The notes under the pieces: model-generated
What the model saw: the letters and a program-made list of their open reading frames with translations, nothing else
What the model was told of the DNA's origin: nothing
The model's database searches: none
Part shown: piece after piece, positions 1 to 9,790 of the stretch
How positions within the stretch are numbered: position 1 is the first letter of the stretch
How the letters are laid out: each line of letters opens with the position of its first letter
Made by a program: the position numbers and the translations under genes
Assembly: GCA_023701205.1 (NCBI GenBank)
Contig: JAMPXJ010000012.1
Location: 8,797 to 72,796 of the forward strand
Reading direction: 5' to 3'
Origin: Oligoflexia bacterium
Lineage (GTDB): Bacteria; Bdellovibrionota; UBA1018
Length of the DNA: 64,000 bases

Positions 1-566
1 ACGGCGGATCCCGTCGTTTCCAGGCGCGGGAAGCCCAGCTTGCCGAACACGAGCGTGTAGTTGAAGAAGGCGTTCACGAGGTTCGCCAGGACAAGCGCCA
101 CGAGCGCGGGCCGGGGCCGCTGGATCGCCTGCAGGTAGTTGCGGCAGGCGGTGAAGACGAAGGTGGGAAGCAGGCTCCAGGCCAGAACCCTGAAGTACGG
201 CCCCACCTCGGCCTGAACCTCGGGAGCCAGTCCGAAATGGCCGAGGAGGCGCTCCAGGAGCAGCAAGACTCCCGTCAGCGGGGCGCCCACTCCGATCGCA
301 AGGGCGAGCCCTTGCCAGAGGTAGCTCCGGGCTTCGCGGTCTCGTCCCGCTCCGAAGGCATGCGAGATCGGATAATCCATTCCCGCGAGCAGCCCGATCC
401 CGAAGACCAGGAACCAGGTGAAAAGGGAGTTGCTGACTCCCACCGCGCCGATCGGGGCCGCACCCAGCCGACCCACGGCGATCAGATCGACCACCCCCAT
501 GAGCATGATGCCCAGGTAAGTGAGGGCGACCGGAATCGCCAGGCGGACGAGCGGGAGCAGGCTCAC
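1..566 (-). CDS. MATE family efflux transporter (3' end outside window; absent from ORF track)
   Basis: Manual translation from GTG at 566 (GTGA overlap with S8 stop): MSLLPLVRLAIPVALTYLGIMLMGVVDLIAVGRLGAAPIGAVGVSNSLF, a typical MATE/NorM N-terminus. Confidence 0.85.
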   Translation of the reverse strand, partial: MSLLPLVRLAIPVALTYLGIMLMGVVDLIAVGRLGAAPIGAVGVSNSLFTWFLVFGIGLLAGMDYPISHAFGAGRDREARSYLWQGLALAIGVGAPLTGVLLLLERLLGHFGLAPEVQAEVGPYFRVLAWSLLPTFVFTACRNYLQAIQRPRPALVALVLANLVNAFFNYTLVFGKLGFPRLETTGSA

Positions 567-3500
567 GGCTTCGCGATGGTCACCGGGATGCGATAAAGCG
601 GCGTACCGTCGGCGGAAAACAGCTCGAGGCGCCCCGTGATCCGGGCCTTGCCCTCACGGAATGCCGCGCTTGAAAGCAGCTTGCTCGCCGCCTGTTGCTC
701 CGAGCCGAAGGCATATGCGACGGAGAAGGTGTTGGGTCCGCCCTGGACGAGCACCGAGCCCGACTCTTCGGCGAAGGCGATGCTCTCCGAGGAGGTGAAC
801 TCGCCCGAGCCGCGCACCTCGAAACCGTCCACGCGAACCGCGTAAGCGGAGCCTGCCTTCGGAACGAAGCTCGCCCGCTCCTCGTCGCTCGAGCCGCCAC
901 TGGTGGCGACGGGCTTGCATTCATCCAGAGAGCTCGCTCCTTCCTGGCATTCCAGGATCGCGAGATCGATGTCGTTGCCGGGAGATTCCCCCGTGGTGAT
1001 GGTCACCGACTTGGCTTCGGCCGGGTAGCTGCGAAGCTCTCCCGAAGAGCCCGGCACGATCACGCTTTGGCCTTTGGCGACCTGAGCTCTCGCCGAGCTT
1101 TGGAGCGCGTCGAGCACGAACCGGCTCCGCGCGCTGTCAGGAGCGACGCTCACGGAACTCTCCACCAGCGTCCAGTCGATCGCGCCGTTGAGCGCGGCGA
1201 GGTCGCCTTCGATTTTCCGGCTGCTCGAGTCGGCCACGATGTAATCCGCGCGAAGCGTGTATTCGGATTCCGGATAGCGATACTGTCCGAACACATGGAC
1301 ATCCCAGGTGCCCGGGCGCGGGTCCGCGGCCGTGAAGCTGAGCTTCCGCTTGGCTTCCTCTCTTACGGGGGCGCCCTGCTTGTCGCAGTTGGCGATCCTG
1401 GCTTCGGGCCGGCTCGGGAAAACGCCGCTCAGGTTGTTGCCTTGGAGCGCCATCAGCTCGACGCCCGAGCACGGCTTGCCCGCTTGATGAGGCGGGACTT
1501 CGAGGGTGATCCGAACGAGGCTGGTGCCCTGCGGAATCCTGACGTAGTTGCGCGCGACTCCGAAGCTCTTGATGCGCCCCTGGACTTCATAGCCTGTCGA
1601 ATCGGTGAGCTGGCGATGGGGAACCCGCAGGAACACCGGGATCCAGAAGGACGGAACGGCGGAGACCTTCCCGCCGGCCGTGCGATAGGCCGCGATCAGC
1701 GCGCCGTGGTCGCCCGGGGCGAGCTCGCGCGCGATCTTCTCCCGGTCGATGCAGACATGGATCATGCTCGCCACGTGCGGGTTGATCCTCGCTTTGCCGT
1801 TCTCGCCGGCGATGATCTCGGCGCCGCGTCCGAGGATCACCGCGTTGGCGACGTCTTCGGAGCTGCAATCGACGCTTTCCAGCGCCCCGGCGCGCACCCA
1901 GGCGCTCTCCGAGCCATAGTACGTCGTCTTGAGAACGAACTCGTCCATCGTGGTCAGCAGCTGAGCGGTGAGCTCGCCGGCGTCCGGTCCGGCGGCCAGA
2001 TGCTCGGGCAGCTGGCGGACGATGTGCACGTTATGGAGCTTCTCCGTCCCGGCGTAATCCAGGTACAGCCCCGTGCCGAAAACCGGCTCGCCGCGACCGG
2101 TGAGCGTGCCGTCATACGGCAGCCCGTGCGGGCCGGTGAGCGAGGTGAGGACCTGATAGTCGAGCTCGACGGGCTGTCCGTCGAGTGTAACAGCGGTCGG
2201 GATCCGCTCGTCGGCGTACTGCCGGAGTTTCTTCCAGGCCGCGACGAGATCGACCATCCCGGTGCCCTGGTCGGCCCAGGTGTACTGGCCCAGGCGGCGC
2301 TCGCCCGTCGACGGATCGAAACGATTCACGTCAAACGCGCGTGCGCTCTCGATGAGCACGCGCCGGAGGACGGGCGCGGAGGCGGGGAGCGCTTTTTCGG
2401 GATGGGCCGCATTGTATTTCTGGATCGCGTCGAGCAGAAGCGCGTAAGCTCCCGTCGCGGCAGGTGCCGCCATCGACGTGCCCCAATAAACGTCGAGCCC
2501 GCCGCGCCCGCCCGGAGCGGTGTTGAGCTGGATCGAGCTCAGCTGCGTGCCCGGCGCGACGACGTTGGGCTTGAAACCGCCGGCGGCGGTGGGTCCCCGG
2601 CTGCTGAAGAAGAAGACGAAATCGGAATCGTCCTGCGGCGTCCGAAGCGGATTCGTGGCGGGCCACTGGTACTGGCGCTGGATCATTCCGACCGAAGCCG
2701 CGGCGCCCACGCTGAGAGAGAGACGCGCCACCGACGGGCTACCCACCGTCTGCGAGCCCGGGCCGGAGTTGCCGGCGGAGACGACCATCAGGACGTTCTG
2801 CACCTGCGTGAGGCGGTTCAGCGTGGTTTCCTGCACGCCATAGCCGTCGTTGAAGGGGCTCAGCCCGCCGAGCGACATGTTGATCACCTGCGCGCGGCCG
2901 TTGACGGCGAGATCGACCATGGCCTGGGTCGCGTTGCAGCCGGTGTTGTTCGCGCAGACGCGGTTCATGAGGATCGCCGCGTCCGGTGCCACGCCGCGCG
3001 CGAGCGTCTTCTCGTCGTCGTTGAAGATCGTGCGCGAGCCTGCCGCGATTCCCGCGACATGCGAGCCGTGGTTCCCCGGATCGAAGCCCACGATCGAGGC
3101 GCTGCGGACGGGAACTTCCCCCTTGCCGTCGGCGCGCGGCAGCTTGTCGTCGCTCAGGTCGAAGCCGATCTTCTCGGCAAAGGCCGCGACCGTGTCCCTG
3201 CTCGAGTTCCAGCTCGCGAGCGGCCGCGAGCCGCGGAAGTCGCGCGTGCCGGTGAGATCCGCGTACAGGCGGTCCTCCACCGGGGTCTTGCCCGGGATCA
3301 GGAAAAAGAAGATCCGGTCGTTGAGCTTGCCGTTGCCGTTGAGGTCGACGGCTTCGGCTTCCGAGCTCATCGACTCCTCGAGCAGCACGCCGAGCCGGGC
3401 GGTCGGGCCGGCGGCCAGGAGCGCGGCCTTGAGCTCGGGCGACACCTTGAATTTCACGTTCTCGACCATCGTGAGCTCGTCCCCCGCGGGGAGCGAGGGA

Positions 3501-4435
3501 AGCTTCGGCGTGACGATCACCTGGCCGGAGACCAGGAGCTCGTCCGTGGCGAGCTCGGCGGGCGCGGCGGCCTGGAAGAACGTCGAAGGCGCCAAGTTGA
3601 AATAGATCCGGCCCTCGCGCGTGAAATCGCGCATGTAAACGATGCGGTTGCGCTTGCGATCCGAGGAGAGGAAGGTGCGGTGATTGAAGGTGATGCCCGT
3701 GTCGGTGACGCCCAGCCTCACGCTGTCGCCGTTCACGCGGGCATCGCCGCCGATGTCGCCTTCGGCGAGTCGGACGAATTCGACGGCACGCATCTTCTCG
3801 ATCCCGCTGAAAAGCGCGCTATCGCCGCGGAGCGAGCCGGTCCGCGGCTGGAGCCCCTCGGCCGCGGGAGTGAGGGCCTTCACCTGCCGGAGCGAGTCGC
3901 GATCGATGGCGACGGGATTGAGCGTGAGGCCCTGGAGTTTGAGCCCTTTGAGCGGCGCCATCATATCCGGCTGATAAGGCAGCAGGAAGGTGAAGTAGCC
4001 GGCTTCCTCGTACTGGCTGAGCGCGATCCCGCCGATCTCGCGCAACCGCGCGTGGATTTTCTCGAGCTCCGCGCCGATCGTCGCGACGCGTTCCTGCCGG
4101 GACGGGGTGGCCACCGACGCGAGCAGCGAGTCGAAGGTCGCGTCGAGGAAGGCGCCTTCGACCGCGAAGTAAGGCTTTCCCGCCACCGGGTGCAAGGCTA
4201 CTTCGGCGGAGGCGGCCTCCTCCAGCGAGACGGGAGTCGCCGAGAGCCCCGCGTCGGGGATCCAGACGCGGATCACCGCCGGGAGGCGAGTCATGTCGAT
4301 CTCTTCGCCGTAAACGGGACGGATCCGCGAAGGCTCTTCCACCTTCGCGCCGGAGGGCGCGGGCTTGGAACACCCCGCGAGCAGCATGGTCAGTCCAACG
4401 GCAAAGAGCGTGTTCAGGAAAAGAGATGACTTCAT
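563..4435 (-). CDS. Large S8 (subtilisin-like) serine peptidase lipoprotein with C-terminal PPC-like domains
   Basis: Lipobox LAGC; triad motifs GVTDTG, HGSHVAGI, GTSMAAP; oxyanion SAGNSG. Confidence 0.92.
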   Translation of the reverse strand: MKSSLFLNTLFAVGLTMLLAGCSKPAPSGAKVEEPSRIRPVYGEEIDMTRLPAVIRVWIPDAGLSATPVSLEEAASAEVALHPVAGKPYFAVEGAFLDATFDSLLASVATPSRQERVATIGAELEKIHARLREIGGIALSQYEEAGYFTFLLPYQPDMMAPLKGLKLQGLTLNPVAIDRDSLRQVKALTPAAEGLQPRTGSLRGDSALFSGIEKMRAVEFVRLAEGDIGGDARVNGDSVRLGVTDTGITFNHRTFLSSDRKRNRIVYMRDFTREGRIYFNLAPSTFFQAAAPAELATDELLVSGQVIVTPKLPSLPAGDELTMVENVKFKVSPELKAALLAAGPTARLGVLLEESMSSEAEAVDLNGNGKLNDRIFFFLIPGKTPVEDRLYADLTGTRDFRGSRPLASWNSSRDTVAAFAEKIGFDLSDDKLPRADGKGEVPVRSASIVGFDPGNHGSHVAGIAAGSRTIFNDDEKTLARGVAPDAAILMNRVCANNTGCNATQAMVDLAVNGRAQVINMSLGGLSPFNDGYGVQETTLNRLTQVQNVLMVVSAGNSGPGSQTVGSPSVARLSLSVGAAASVGMIQRQYQWPATNPLRTPQDDSDFVFFFSSRGPTAAGGFKPNVVAPGTQLSSIQLNTAPGGRGGLDVYWGTSMAAPAATGAYALLLDAIQKYNAAHPEKALPASAPVLRRVLIESARAFDVNRFDPSTGERRLGQYTWADQGTGMVDLVAAWKKLRQYADERIPTAVTLDGQPVELDYQVLTSLTGPHGLPYDGTLTGRGEPVFGTGLYLDYAGTEKLHNVHIVRQLPEHLAAGPDAGELTAQLLTTMDEFVLKTTYYGSESAWVRAGALESVDCSSEDVANAVILGRGAEIIAGENGKARINPHVASMIHVCIDREKIARELAPGDHGALIAAYRTAGGKVSAVPSFWIPVFLRVPHRQLTDSTGYEVQGRIKSFGVARNYVRIPQGTSLVRITLEVPPHQAGKPCSGVELMALQGNNLSGVFPSRPEARIANCDKQGAPVREEAKRKLSFTAADPRPGTWDVHVFGQYRYPESEYTLRADYIVADSSSRKIEGDLAALNGAIDWTLVESSVSVAPDSARSRFVLDALQSSARAQVAKGQSVIVPGSSGELRSYPAEAKSVTITTGESPGNDIDLAILECQEGASSLDECKPVATSGGSSDEERASFVPKAGSAYAVRVDGFEVRGSGEFTSSESIAFAEESGSVLVQGGPNTFSVAYAFGSEQQAASKLLSSAAFREGKARITGRLELFSADGTPLYRIPVTIAKP

Positions 4436-4504
4436 GGAATCCCCCGGCGCCCTTGATGCGTCAGATCGTGGGAGATGTCAAATCGCGCGTGCTGGCGCGC
4501 AGCG

Positions 4505-6475
4505 TTAGTGGCTCTGGGTATTCAGCTCCGGATCGGAGAGGCGCAGAAAGAGCGTCACTCGCGCATTCTCCAGCTCTGTCAAACCGGATTCCAAGGCTTC
4601 GGGAGGGCCGAAACGCGCGGCCTCATAGGCGTTGAGCCACTCTCGCAGCGCAAGCAAGGTCTCGGGGCCGAGCCGATGTCCCGCAAGCCGGCGTTCGAGC
4701 TTCCGGCGCACCCTGGGCAGTCCCCGCCGGGCGGGATCGGGCACATAGCGCGGTGCGCTCGCTCGGCCGCGTCGGCTGAGTGCATAGGCCAGCGCCAGGA
4801 GCAGGCCACCTCCGGCCAGTCCCAGCGGAAGTCCGCTCCAGGTGAACCCATTGGCCGCGGAGCGCAGCGATTGCCACGGGTTTCCCTCATAAGTCACGAC
4901 CAGCCGGTACCAGTAGGCCGAGAGCAGGTCCGCCAGCCGCAGGAGGTATTCCGAAACGGAGACATCGAGCAGAACCCGCGGCGTGGGGTCGAGCGGGGTC
5001 CAGCCGCGCTCCTCGCTCCAGTACTCAAGCCAGGCGTGCGCATCCGCGTTGCGCAGGCTCAGGGTTCCGCCGAGCTGGGGCGAGGCGATCCTGAAGCCGG
5101 TCACGAGTCGCGTGGGAATGCCCGCGAAGCGAAGCAAGAGCGCCGCGGACGAGGCGAACCACTCGCAGTGCCCCTGCCGGGTGATGAAAAGAAACTGCTC
5201 GAGCGGCGCGAAGGCCAGGCCGCTCAGGCTCTTGGTCAGGTACTCGTCCATCATGCCGGGCACCGCCGAGTACTTTTCCGTCGCGAAAAAAGCGCTCAGG
5301 CGGGAAACCCGCTCGCGATCCGTGCGCGCGTTCGCGAATATCCGGCGCGCCAGGCGCTGCATCCGTTCCGTGCGCAGCACCGGCGGCACGGCGCGATTCT
5401 CTTCCCGGGGCGGATCCGTCTTCTCCCGGCCGGAGCGATCCTTCTGAGACGCCGAAAGCTGGAACTGATAGCGGACGCGCCGGCCGCGCGCGAACGGACT
5501 GAGCCATTCTCCGGAGTCCCGTCGGCTCACGGGGCGGATGTGGCCCGACTCCAGCTCCTGGAGCCCGAGGGTGCCGTAGGGCGCGGGAAACGCCTCGCTG
5601 TCGATCGCTTCGCGCACGGCCTCGACCGTGATGGTCGGCCCGCCTGCCTCCGCCGGCTTACCGCCTCTTTTCAACAGGCGCTTCCAGTTCTTCCCGTCGA
5701 ACGCATCCAGCGTGACCGAGCGGATCAGCCCCAAGCCGATCTCGGTGGTGAGGTCGATTCCGTCCGGCGGATAGAGCCGGAGCACCGTCTGGGTGTCGCC
5801 CGAGCTGGTCATCGGGGACCACTCGCTCAGACCTACCTTCTCGGTATATCCCGGCAGGATCCGCCCCCAGCCGAGGCTCGCGCTCCCGCGCGGGCGCGGC
5901 AGGATCGGGAAGATCAGCGCGGTCATGAAAAGCATCAACAGGCACTGGAGGGAGACCCGGCGCAGAAAGCCGCGCGGAAGGGGCGCGTCCCGGAGCGCCG
6001 GCGCCCGCGCGGCGAACTCCTGGTCGAGAAACGCGCAGGAGAGCGCCAGCGCCGCGGAGACCACGAACGCGAGCAGGCAGAGCGGGATCCACAGCTCGGT
6101 CGAGACCACGGACGCCACGATCAGCTCGGCCAGGCCCAGGCCCGCTCTCCAGCCCAGATGGCGCTGGTCCGTGCGCGGGAGGAGCCACAGCAGCGCATGG
6201 GTCGAGGGCAACGCGTGCATCGCGGCCGTCACCGGATGCGCGCCGAAAAGATGCCAGGCCGAGAAGGTGGCGGCGACCGCGATCCCGAGCGCGGCGAGCA
6301 GCGCGCGGGGAGGAAGGCGGAAGAAGGGCCGGAAGAGCAGCGGCGAGAGCAGCAGCGGAAGGAGCAGGGACGCGGCGCCGAGCTCGCCGGTGCCAAAGAG
6401 CGCGGCCATGCCCAGGAGGTCCAAAAAGCTCACGGTGAGGTTGGCGCCCTGCCGGGCTGAAAGTCCGGGTCTCAT
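4505..6475 (-). CDS. TgpA-like membrane transglutaminase-domain protein (DUF3488 + transglutaminase core)
   Basis: N-terminal TM helices; GHCEWFASS, HAWLEY and LDPTP motifs; follows DUF58. Confidence 0.88.
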   Translation of the reverse strand: MRPGLSARQGANLTVSFLDLLGMAALFGTGELGAASLLLPLLLSPLLFRPFFRLPPRALLAALGIAVAATFSAWHLFGAHPVTAAMHALPSTHALLWLLPRTDQRHLGWRAGLGLAELIVASVVSTELWIPLCLLAFVVSAALALSCAFLDQEFAARAPALRDAPLPRGFLRRVSLQCLLMLFMTALIFPILPRPRGSASLGWGRILPGYTEKVGLSEWSPMTSSGDTQTVLRLYPPDGIDLTTEIGLGLIRSVTLDAFDGKNWKRLLKRGGKPAEAGGPTITVEAVREAIDSEAFPAPYGTLGLQELESGHIRPVSRRDSGEWLSPFARGRRVRYQFQLSASQKDRSGREKTDPPREENRAVPPVLRTERMQRLARRIFANARTDRERVSRLSAFFATEKYSAVPGMMDEYLTKSLSGLAFAPLEQFLFITRQGHCEWFASSAALLLRFAGIPTRLVTGFRIASPQLGGTLSLRNADAHAWLEYWSEERGWTPLDPTPRVLLDVSVSEYLLRLADLLSAYWYRLVVTYEGNPWQSLRSAANGFTWSGLPLGLAGGGLLLALAYALSRRGRASAPRYVPDPARRGLPRVRRKLERRLAGHRLGPETLLALREWLNAYEAARFGPPEALESGLTELENARVTLFLRLSDPELNTQSH

Positions 6476-7362
6476 CGGCCGCCCCCGGGGGCCGGCCCTG
6501 GCTCCGGTTTCAGGAGGGCGAGCGCATCCAGGCTGCGCTCGAGACCGCGGGTCACCTGCCGGGTGCCGGTGTCCTCGCCCGCGCCCCGGAGCAGGGTGAG
6601 AGTCACGGCGGAAGCCTCCTCGGGCGCGGTCTCGTAGAGGGTTTTCGCGATTTCCGAGATCCTTGCCTCCAGGTCGGGCTCGGCGAGCCCGCGAGGATCC
6701 AGGAAGGGGCGGGCGGCGGGATTGCCGCCCGCGCGCGCGCGGACGAGCGGCTCGGGCTCCTTCGAGCTCAAAGTCCAGACGATGCTGCGGAAGTCATCGC
6801 CCGGCGCGAACGGCCGGATCCGGTCATCGCTGCCTCGCGGGCTTTGCGGCTCGCGGGCGCTCTTGGGCGTCGCGGGCGAGGGCCACACGATCCGTTCGCT
6901 GGGCACGCCCTGCAGCCGGATCTTCCGCGCGAGGCCGAAAGGATAGCGGGTGACCACCGCGAGCGAGGACCAGGAGTGGCGCCCGCGGAGGGGCAAGATC
7001 TGAAGACTGGGAAGCCGGAGCGTTTCGCCGGGATCCAGCCGAGGGAAGTAGGCGAGGGGCATGCCCTGGCCGCGCTGCCACTCACAGATTTCGATGCAGA
7101 AAACCGGCGTCTTCCCTCGGTTCGTCAGCTCGACGAGATCGCCCACGCGCTTCCCGGCGATCGCCTGGCCGCGCAGGATGCGCAGCTCGACGGAGTGGAC
7201 GAACTTCTCCGAGAGCACCCCTGAAAGAAGGATCGCGCTCAGGAGCAGGCTCTCGATGAGGTAAAGCGCGTTGTTCGCCGAAGCGATCGCGGCGAAGCCC
7301 AGGCCCAGGGTGAAGGCGACGTACCATCGCCCCGCGACGCTCAGGCGCAGGAGACGCTTCAT
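6472..7362 (-). CDS. DUF58 domain protein
   Basis: TRYPFGL and RPFAPGDDFRSIVW motifs; lies between MoxR and TgpA with 4-nt overlaps. Confidence 0.85.
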   Translation of the reverse strand: MKRLLRLSVAGRWYVAFTLGLGFAAIASANNALYLIESLLLSAILLSGVLSEKFVHSVELRILRGQAIAGKRVGDLVELTNRGKTPVFCIEICEWQRGQGMPLAYFPRLDPGETLRLPSLQILPLRGRHSWSSLAVVTRYPFGLARKIRLQGVPSERIVWPSPATPKSAREPQSPRGSDDRIRPFAPGDDFRSIVWTLSSKEPEPLVRARAGGNPAARPFLDPRGLAEPDLEARISEIAKTLYETAPEEASAVTLTLLRGAGEDTGTRQVTRGLERSLDALALLKPEPGPAPGGGR

Positions 7363-8309
7363 TTCGGTGGGCGGACCTTCTCGAGCAGTTCCCGGATCGC
7401 GGCGTTGCGGGAGCTGTCGTCGGCGGGATTTCCCGTGCCGCCCGAAAAAAGGCTCAGCCGGTGCGCGAGCGCCGGCACGGCCAGATCGGCCACGTCCTGG
7501 GGCGTGACGAACTTCCGCGCGCGCACGAAGGCCAGGGCCCTTGCCGCGGCGAGCAGCTGCAAGCCGCCGCGCACGGAGACGCCGGCCGCGACATCGCGCA
7601 GGGAGCGGGTCTGGCGCACGAGCTCGGAGGCGTATTCGATCACGGTTTTCTCGACGTAGGTCCGGCGCGCCTCGCGGAGCAGCTCGCGGGTTTGCTCCAG
7701 ATGCAGCGCGGAGTGCTCGAGCGCGGCGGGGGCATCAGGGTCTTCGGAGCGCGTCGCGAGCTCTTCATAGATCCGGAGCTCCTCCTCCCGTCCCGGGTGC
7801 CGCACCGGGAGCTTGAGCATGAAGCGGTCGAGCTGGCTTTCGGCCAGCGGGAAGACGCCATGGAACTCCAGCGGATTCTGTGTCGCCACGACGAAGAACG
7901 GTTTGGGCAGGGGATGGCTCACGCCATCCACGGTCACGGTGTTTTCGGCCATGGCTTCGAGCAGCGCGCTCTGGGTCTTGGGGCTGGAGCGGTTGAGTTC
8001 GTCGGCGAGCAGGAAGTTGCTGAAGACAGGGCCCTGCCGGAACTCGAAATCCGAGGCGCCGGGCTTGAGCCGCAGCACCCCTACGATGTCGCTCGGAAGC
8101 AGGTCGCTCGTCATCTGGACCCGCCGGAACGCGCCGCCGAACGCGCGGGCCATCGCCTTGGCCAGCGAGGTCTTGCCCGTGCCGGGCGGCCCCTCGAGCA
8201 GGAGGTGGCCTCCCGCCAGGAAGCACGCCAGCGAGAGCTCGATGAGCTCGCGGGCGCCTTTGAGCTGGTGTTCCAGGCTTTCGCGGACCGCGGCGATGGT
8301 CGGGGTCAT
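7359..8309 (-). CDS. MoxR family AAA+ ATPase
   Basis: GHLLLEGPPGTGKT, LLADELNR, ATQNPLE, DRF motifs; start moved to ATG 8309. Confidence 0.93.
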   Translation of the reverse strand: MTPTIAAVRESLEHQLKGARELIELSLACFLAGGHLLLEGPPGTGKTSLAKAMARAFGGAFRRVQMTSDLLPSDIVGVLRLKPGASDFEFRQGPVFSNFLLADELNRSSPKTQSALLEAMAENTVTVDGVSHPLPKPFFVVATQNPLEFHGVFPLAESQLDRFMLKLPVRHPGREEELRIYEELATRSEDPDAPAALEHSALHLEQTRELLREARRTYVEKTVIEYASELVRQTRSLRDVAAGVSVRGGLQLLAAARALAFVRARKFVTPQDVADLAVPALAHRLSLFSGGTGNPADDSSRNAAIRELLEKVRPPK

Positions 8310-8316
8310 GCGCGCC

Positions 8317-8886
8317 TCAAGGCTCCTTCCGTCCCAGCATCCCCGCTTTGAGGCCGGAATTGGGCGGATTTTTTCCAAGCCAGGTGGCGAGCAGGATGGT
8401 TCCGAATTTCTCGGATTCGATCGCCGTCGGAGCCGAGTCGCGGACCGCGACCTCGACCTTGCCCGGCAGGAAAGTGAAACTCAGCCGGTCGCCGGACCGA
8501 AGATCCGGCATGAGGGAGTTGAGCCGGGCCAGCGCGTGCGAGGTGCTCCCGCAGTCGGCGCCGCAGTTCTTCTCGAAAGCTTCCTTCCAGGCGTCGCGGA
8601 TCTTCCCGGCGTCGACCTCGCGCACGAAGTGGAGCAGCACTCTCTTGATTCCCGGGGAGGCGAGGATTTCCTCAGCGTTATGAGAAGGGGCTTCCAGATA
8701 AAGCGCTCCCACGTAGACCTTGACCTTGAAGAGGGTCGCCTCCCGCGCGCCCAGGCCGTTGAGAACGAGGCTCTTTCCACCGGACTTCTGGGTTTCAGGC
8801 ATCTCCACCCCGAGCAGGCTGGCGGCGTTCGCACTCAGCACGGAGATCCCCAGGGCAATCAGCGCGACAGAACGAAAAGGTTTCAT
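8317..8886 (-). CDS. Chalcone isomerase-fold secreted protein
   Basis: Signal peptide; LVLNGLGAREATLFKVKVYVGALYL and WLGKNPP..LKAGMLG motifs. Confidence 0.85.
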   Translation of the reverse strand: MKPFRSVALIALGISVLSANAASLLGVEMPETQKSGGKSLVLNGLGAREATLFKVKVYVGALYLEAPSHNAEEILASPGIKRVLLHFVREVDAGKIRDAWKEAFEKNCGADCGSTSHALARLNSLMPDLRSGDRLSFTFLPGKVEVAVRDSAPTAIESEKFGTILLATWLGKNPPNSGLKAGMLGRKEP

Positions 8887-8917
8887 TGGGAATATCATAC
8901 TCGCAAGCTCGTCTCGA

Positions 8918-8948
8918 AAAAAGCAATCCGTATGCCGGATTGCTTTTT
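8918..8948. promoter_or_regulatory. Perfect 13-bp inverted repeat in a divergent intergenic region
   Basis: AAAAAGCAATCCG-tatgc-CGGATTGCTTTTT. Confidence 0.55.
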
Positions 8949-9002
8949 GATGATGCAGCCGGTATAAGGCCCGAAATTCCGGAACTTCATAGGGGGTATG
9001 AA

Positions 9003-9755
9003 ATGAAATTCGGGTATCGGGGCGTTTTGGCGCAGGTGGTTGTTTTCGGGTTGCTCACGGCTTCGGGGGGCGCGGGGCTCTTCGCCGGCATGGCGCAGGC
9101 CGCCGACAGCGAGACCGAAAAGTATTTCACGATCGAAGCCGTCAAGCTCACGCTTCTTGAATCCTCAGAGGAAGTCGAGCCCTCTTGGGTCGGAATCAAT
9201 CCTCCCGGCGTGAACACGCCGTCGCCGATGCCGGTTCCCTCGCCATCAGGCTCCGGGATCACCGGGCCGAGCATCCTGGATGAGTTCATCAACTTGGGCA
9301 AGCAGGCTTGGCAGATCGTGGTCGAAAACCGCCCGGTTGCCAACTTCCGTCAGAGCTCGGCGAGCGTGGTGCCCAAGGGAATCCAGGACTGGCAGGAGCT
9401 TCAGGGCTGGCAAGCTCCGCGCTCGCAGACCTACCGGCTTTCCTTCAGCAACGGCTTCGGCTCGGACGTCGTGCGCTTCGATTACCGGATTCTCTACACC
9501 CATGGCGGCAACGTCAAAGGCAAGGGTCGTTACCTCGCCAACGTGACCATCGTCCCGGCGAGCCTCGAAGTTTCCTGGGGCTTCACCTTCAACGCCGACG
9601 TCGCCATTCCCAGCATCACCAACGCCGGAACGCATGCCGATCCCATCGCCGCGGCCGAGCTGCAGGTTCACTGGAGCGCCGATTCGGTGCTCAAGCATCT
9701 CGAAGGCACGGATAACTTCTACATCCGCGGCGACGGCACCCTTCAGTCGCTCTGA
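9003..9755 (+). CDS. Secreted hypothetical protein (Pro/Ser linker, amphipathic helix, beta-rich domain)
   Basis: Signal peptide ending AQA; clean ORF filling the gap between neighbours. Confidence 0.75.
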   Translation: MKFGYRGVLAQVVVFGLLTASGGAGLFAGMAQAADSETEKYFTIEAVKLTLLESSEEVEPSWVGINPPGVNTPSPMPVPSPSGSGITGPSILDEFINLGKQAWQIVVENRPVANFRQSSASVVPKGIQDWQELQGWQAPRSQTYRLSFSNGFGSDVVRFDYRILYTHGGNVKGKGRYLANVTIVPASLEVSWGFTFNADVAIPSITNAGTHADPIAAAELQVHWSADSVLKHLEGTDNFYIRGDGTLQSL

Positions 9756-9790
9756 GCGCGGGCGGGCGCGACACGGGCACGTCTCGATCG

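Noticed and set aside
695-4429. 1244-aa plus-strand ORF antisense to the S8 peptidase
   Set aside because: Shadow ORF expected from high-GC codon bias; Arg/Ala/Gly-rich with no motifs.
4475-6460. 661-aa ORF antisense to the TgpA-like gene
   Set aside because: Shadow frame; the opposite strand carries clear family motifs and operon overlaps.
4505-8309. MoxR-DUF58-transglutaminase trio as a novel system
   Set aside because: A widespread, previously described gene arrangement.
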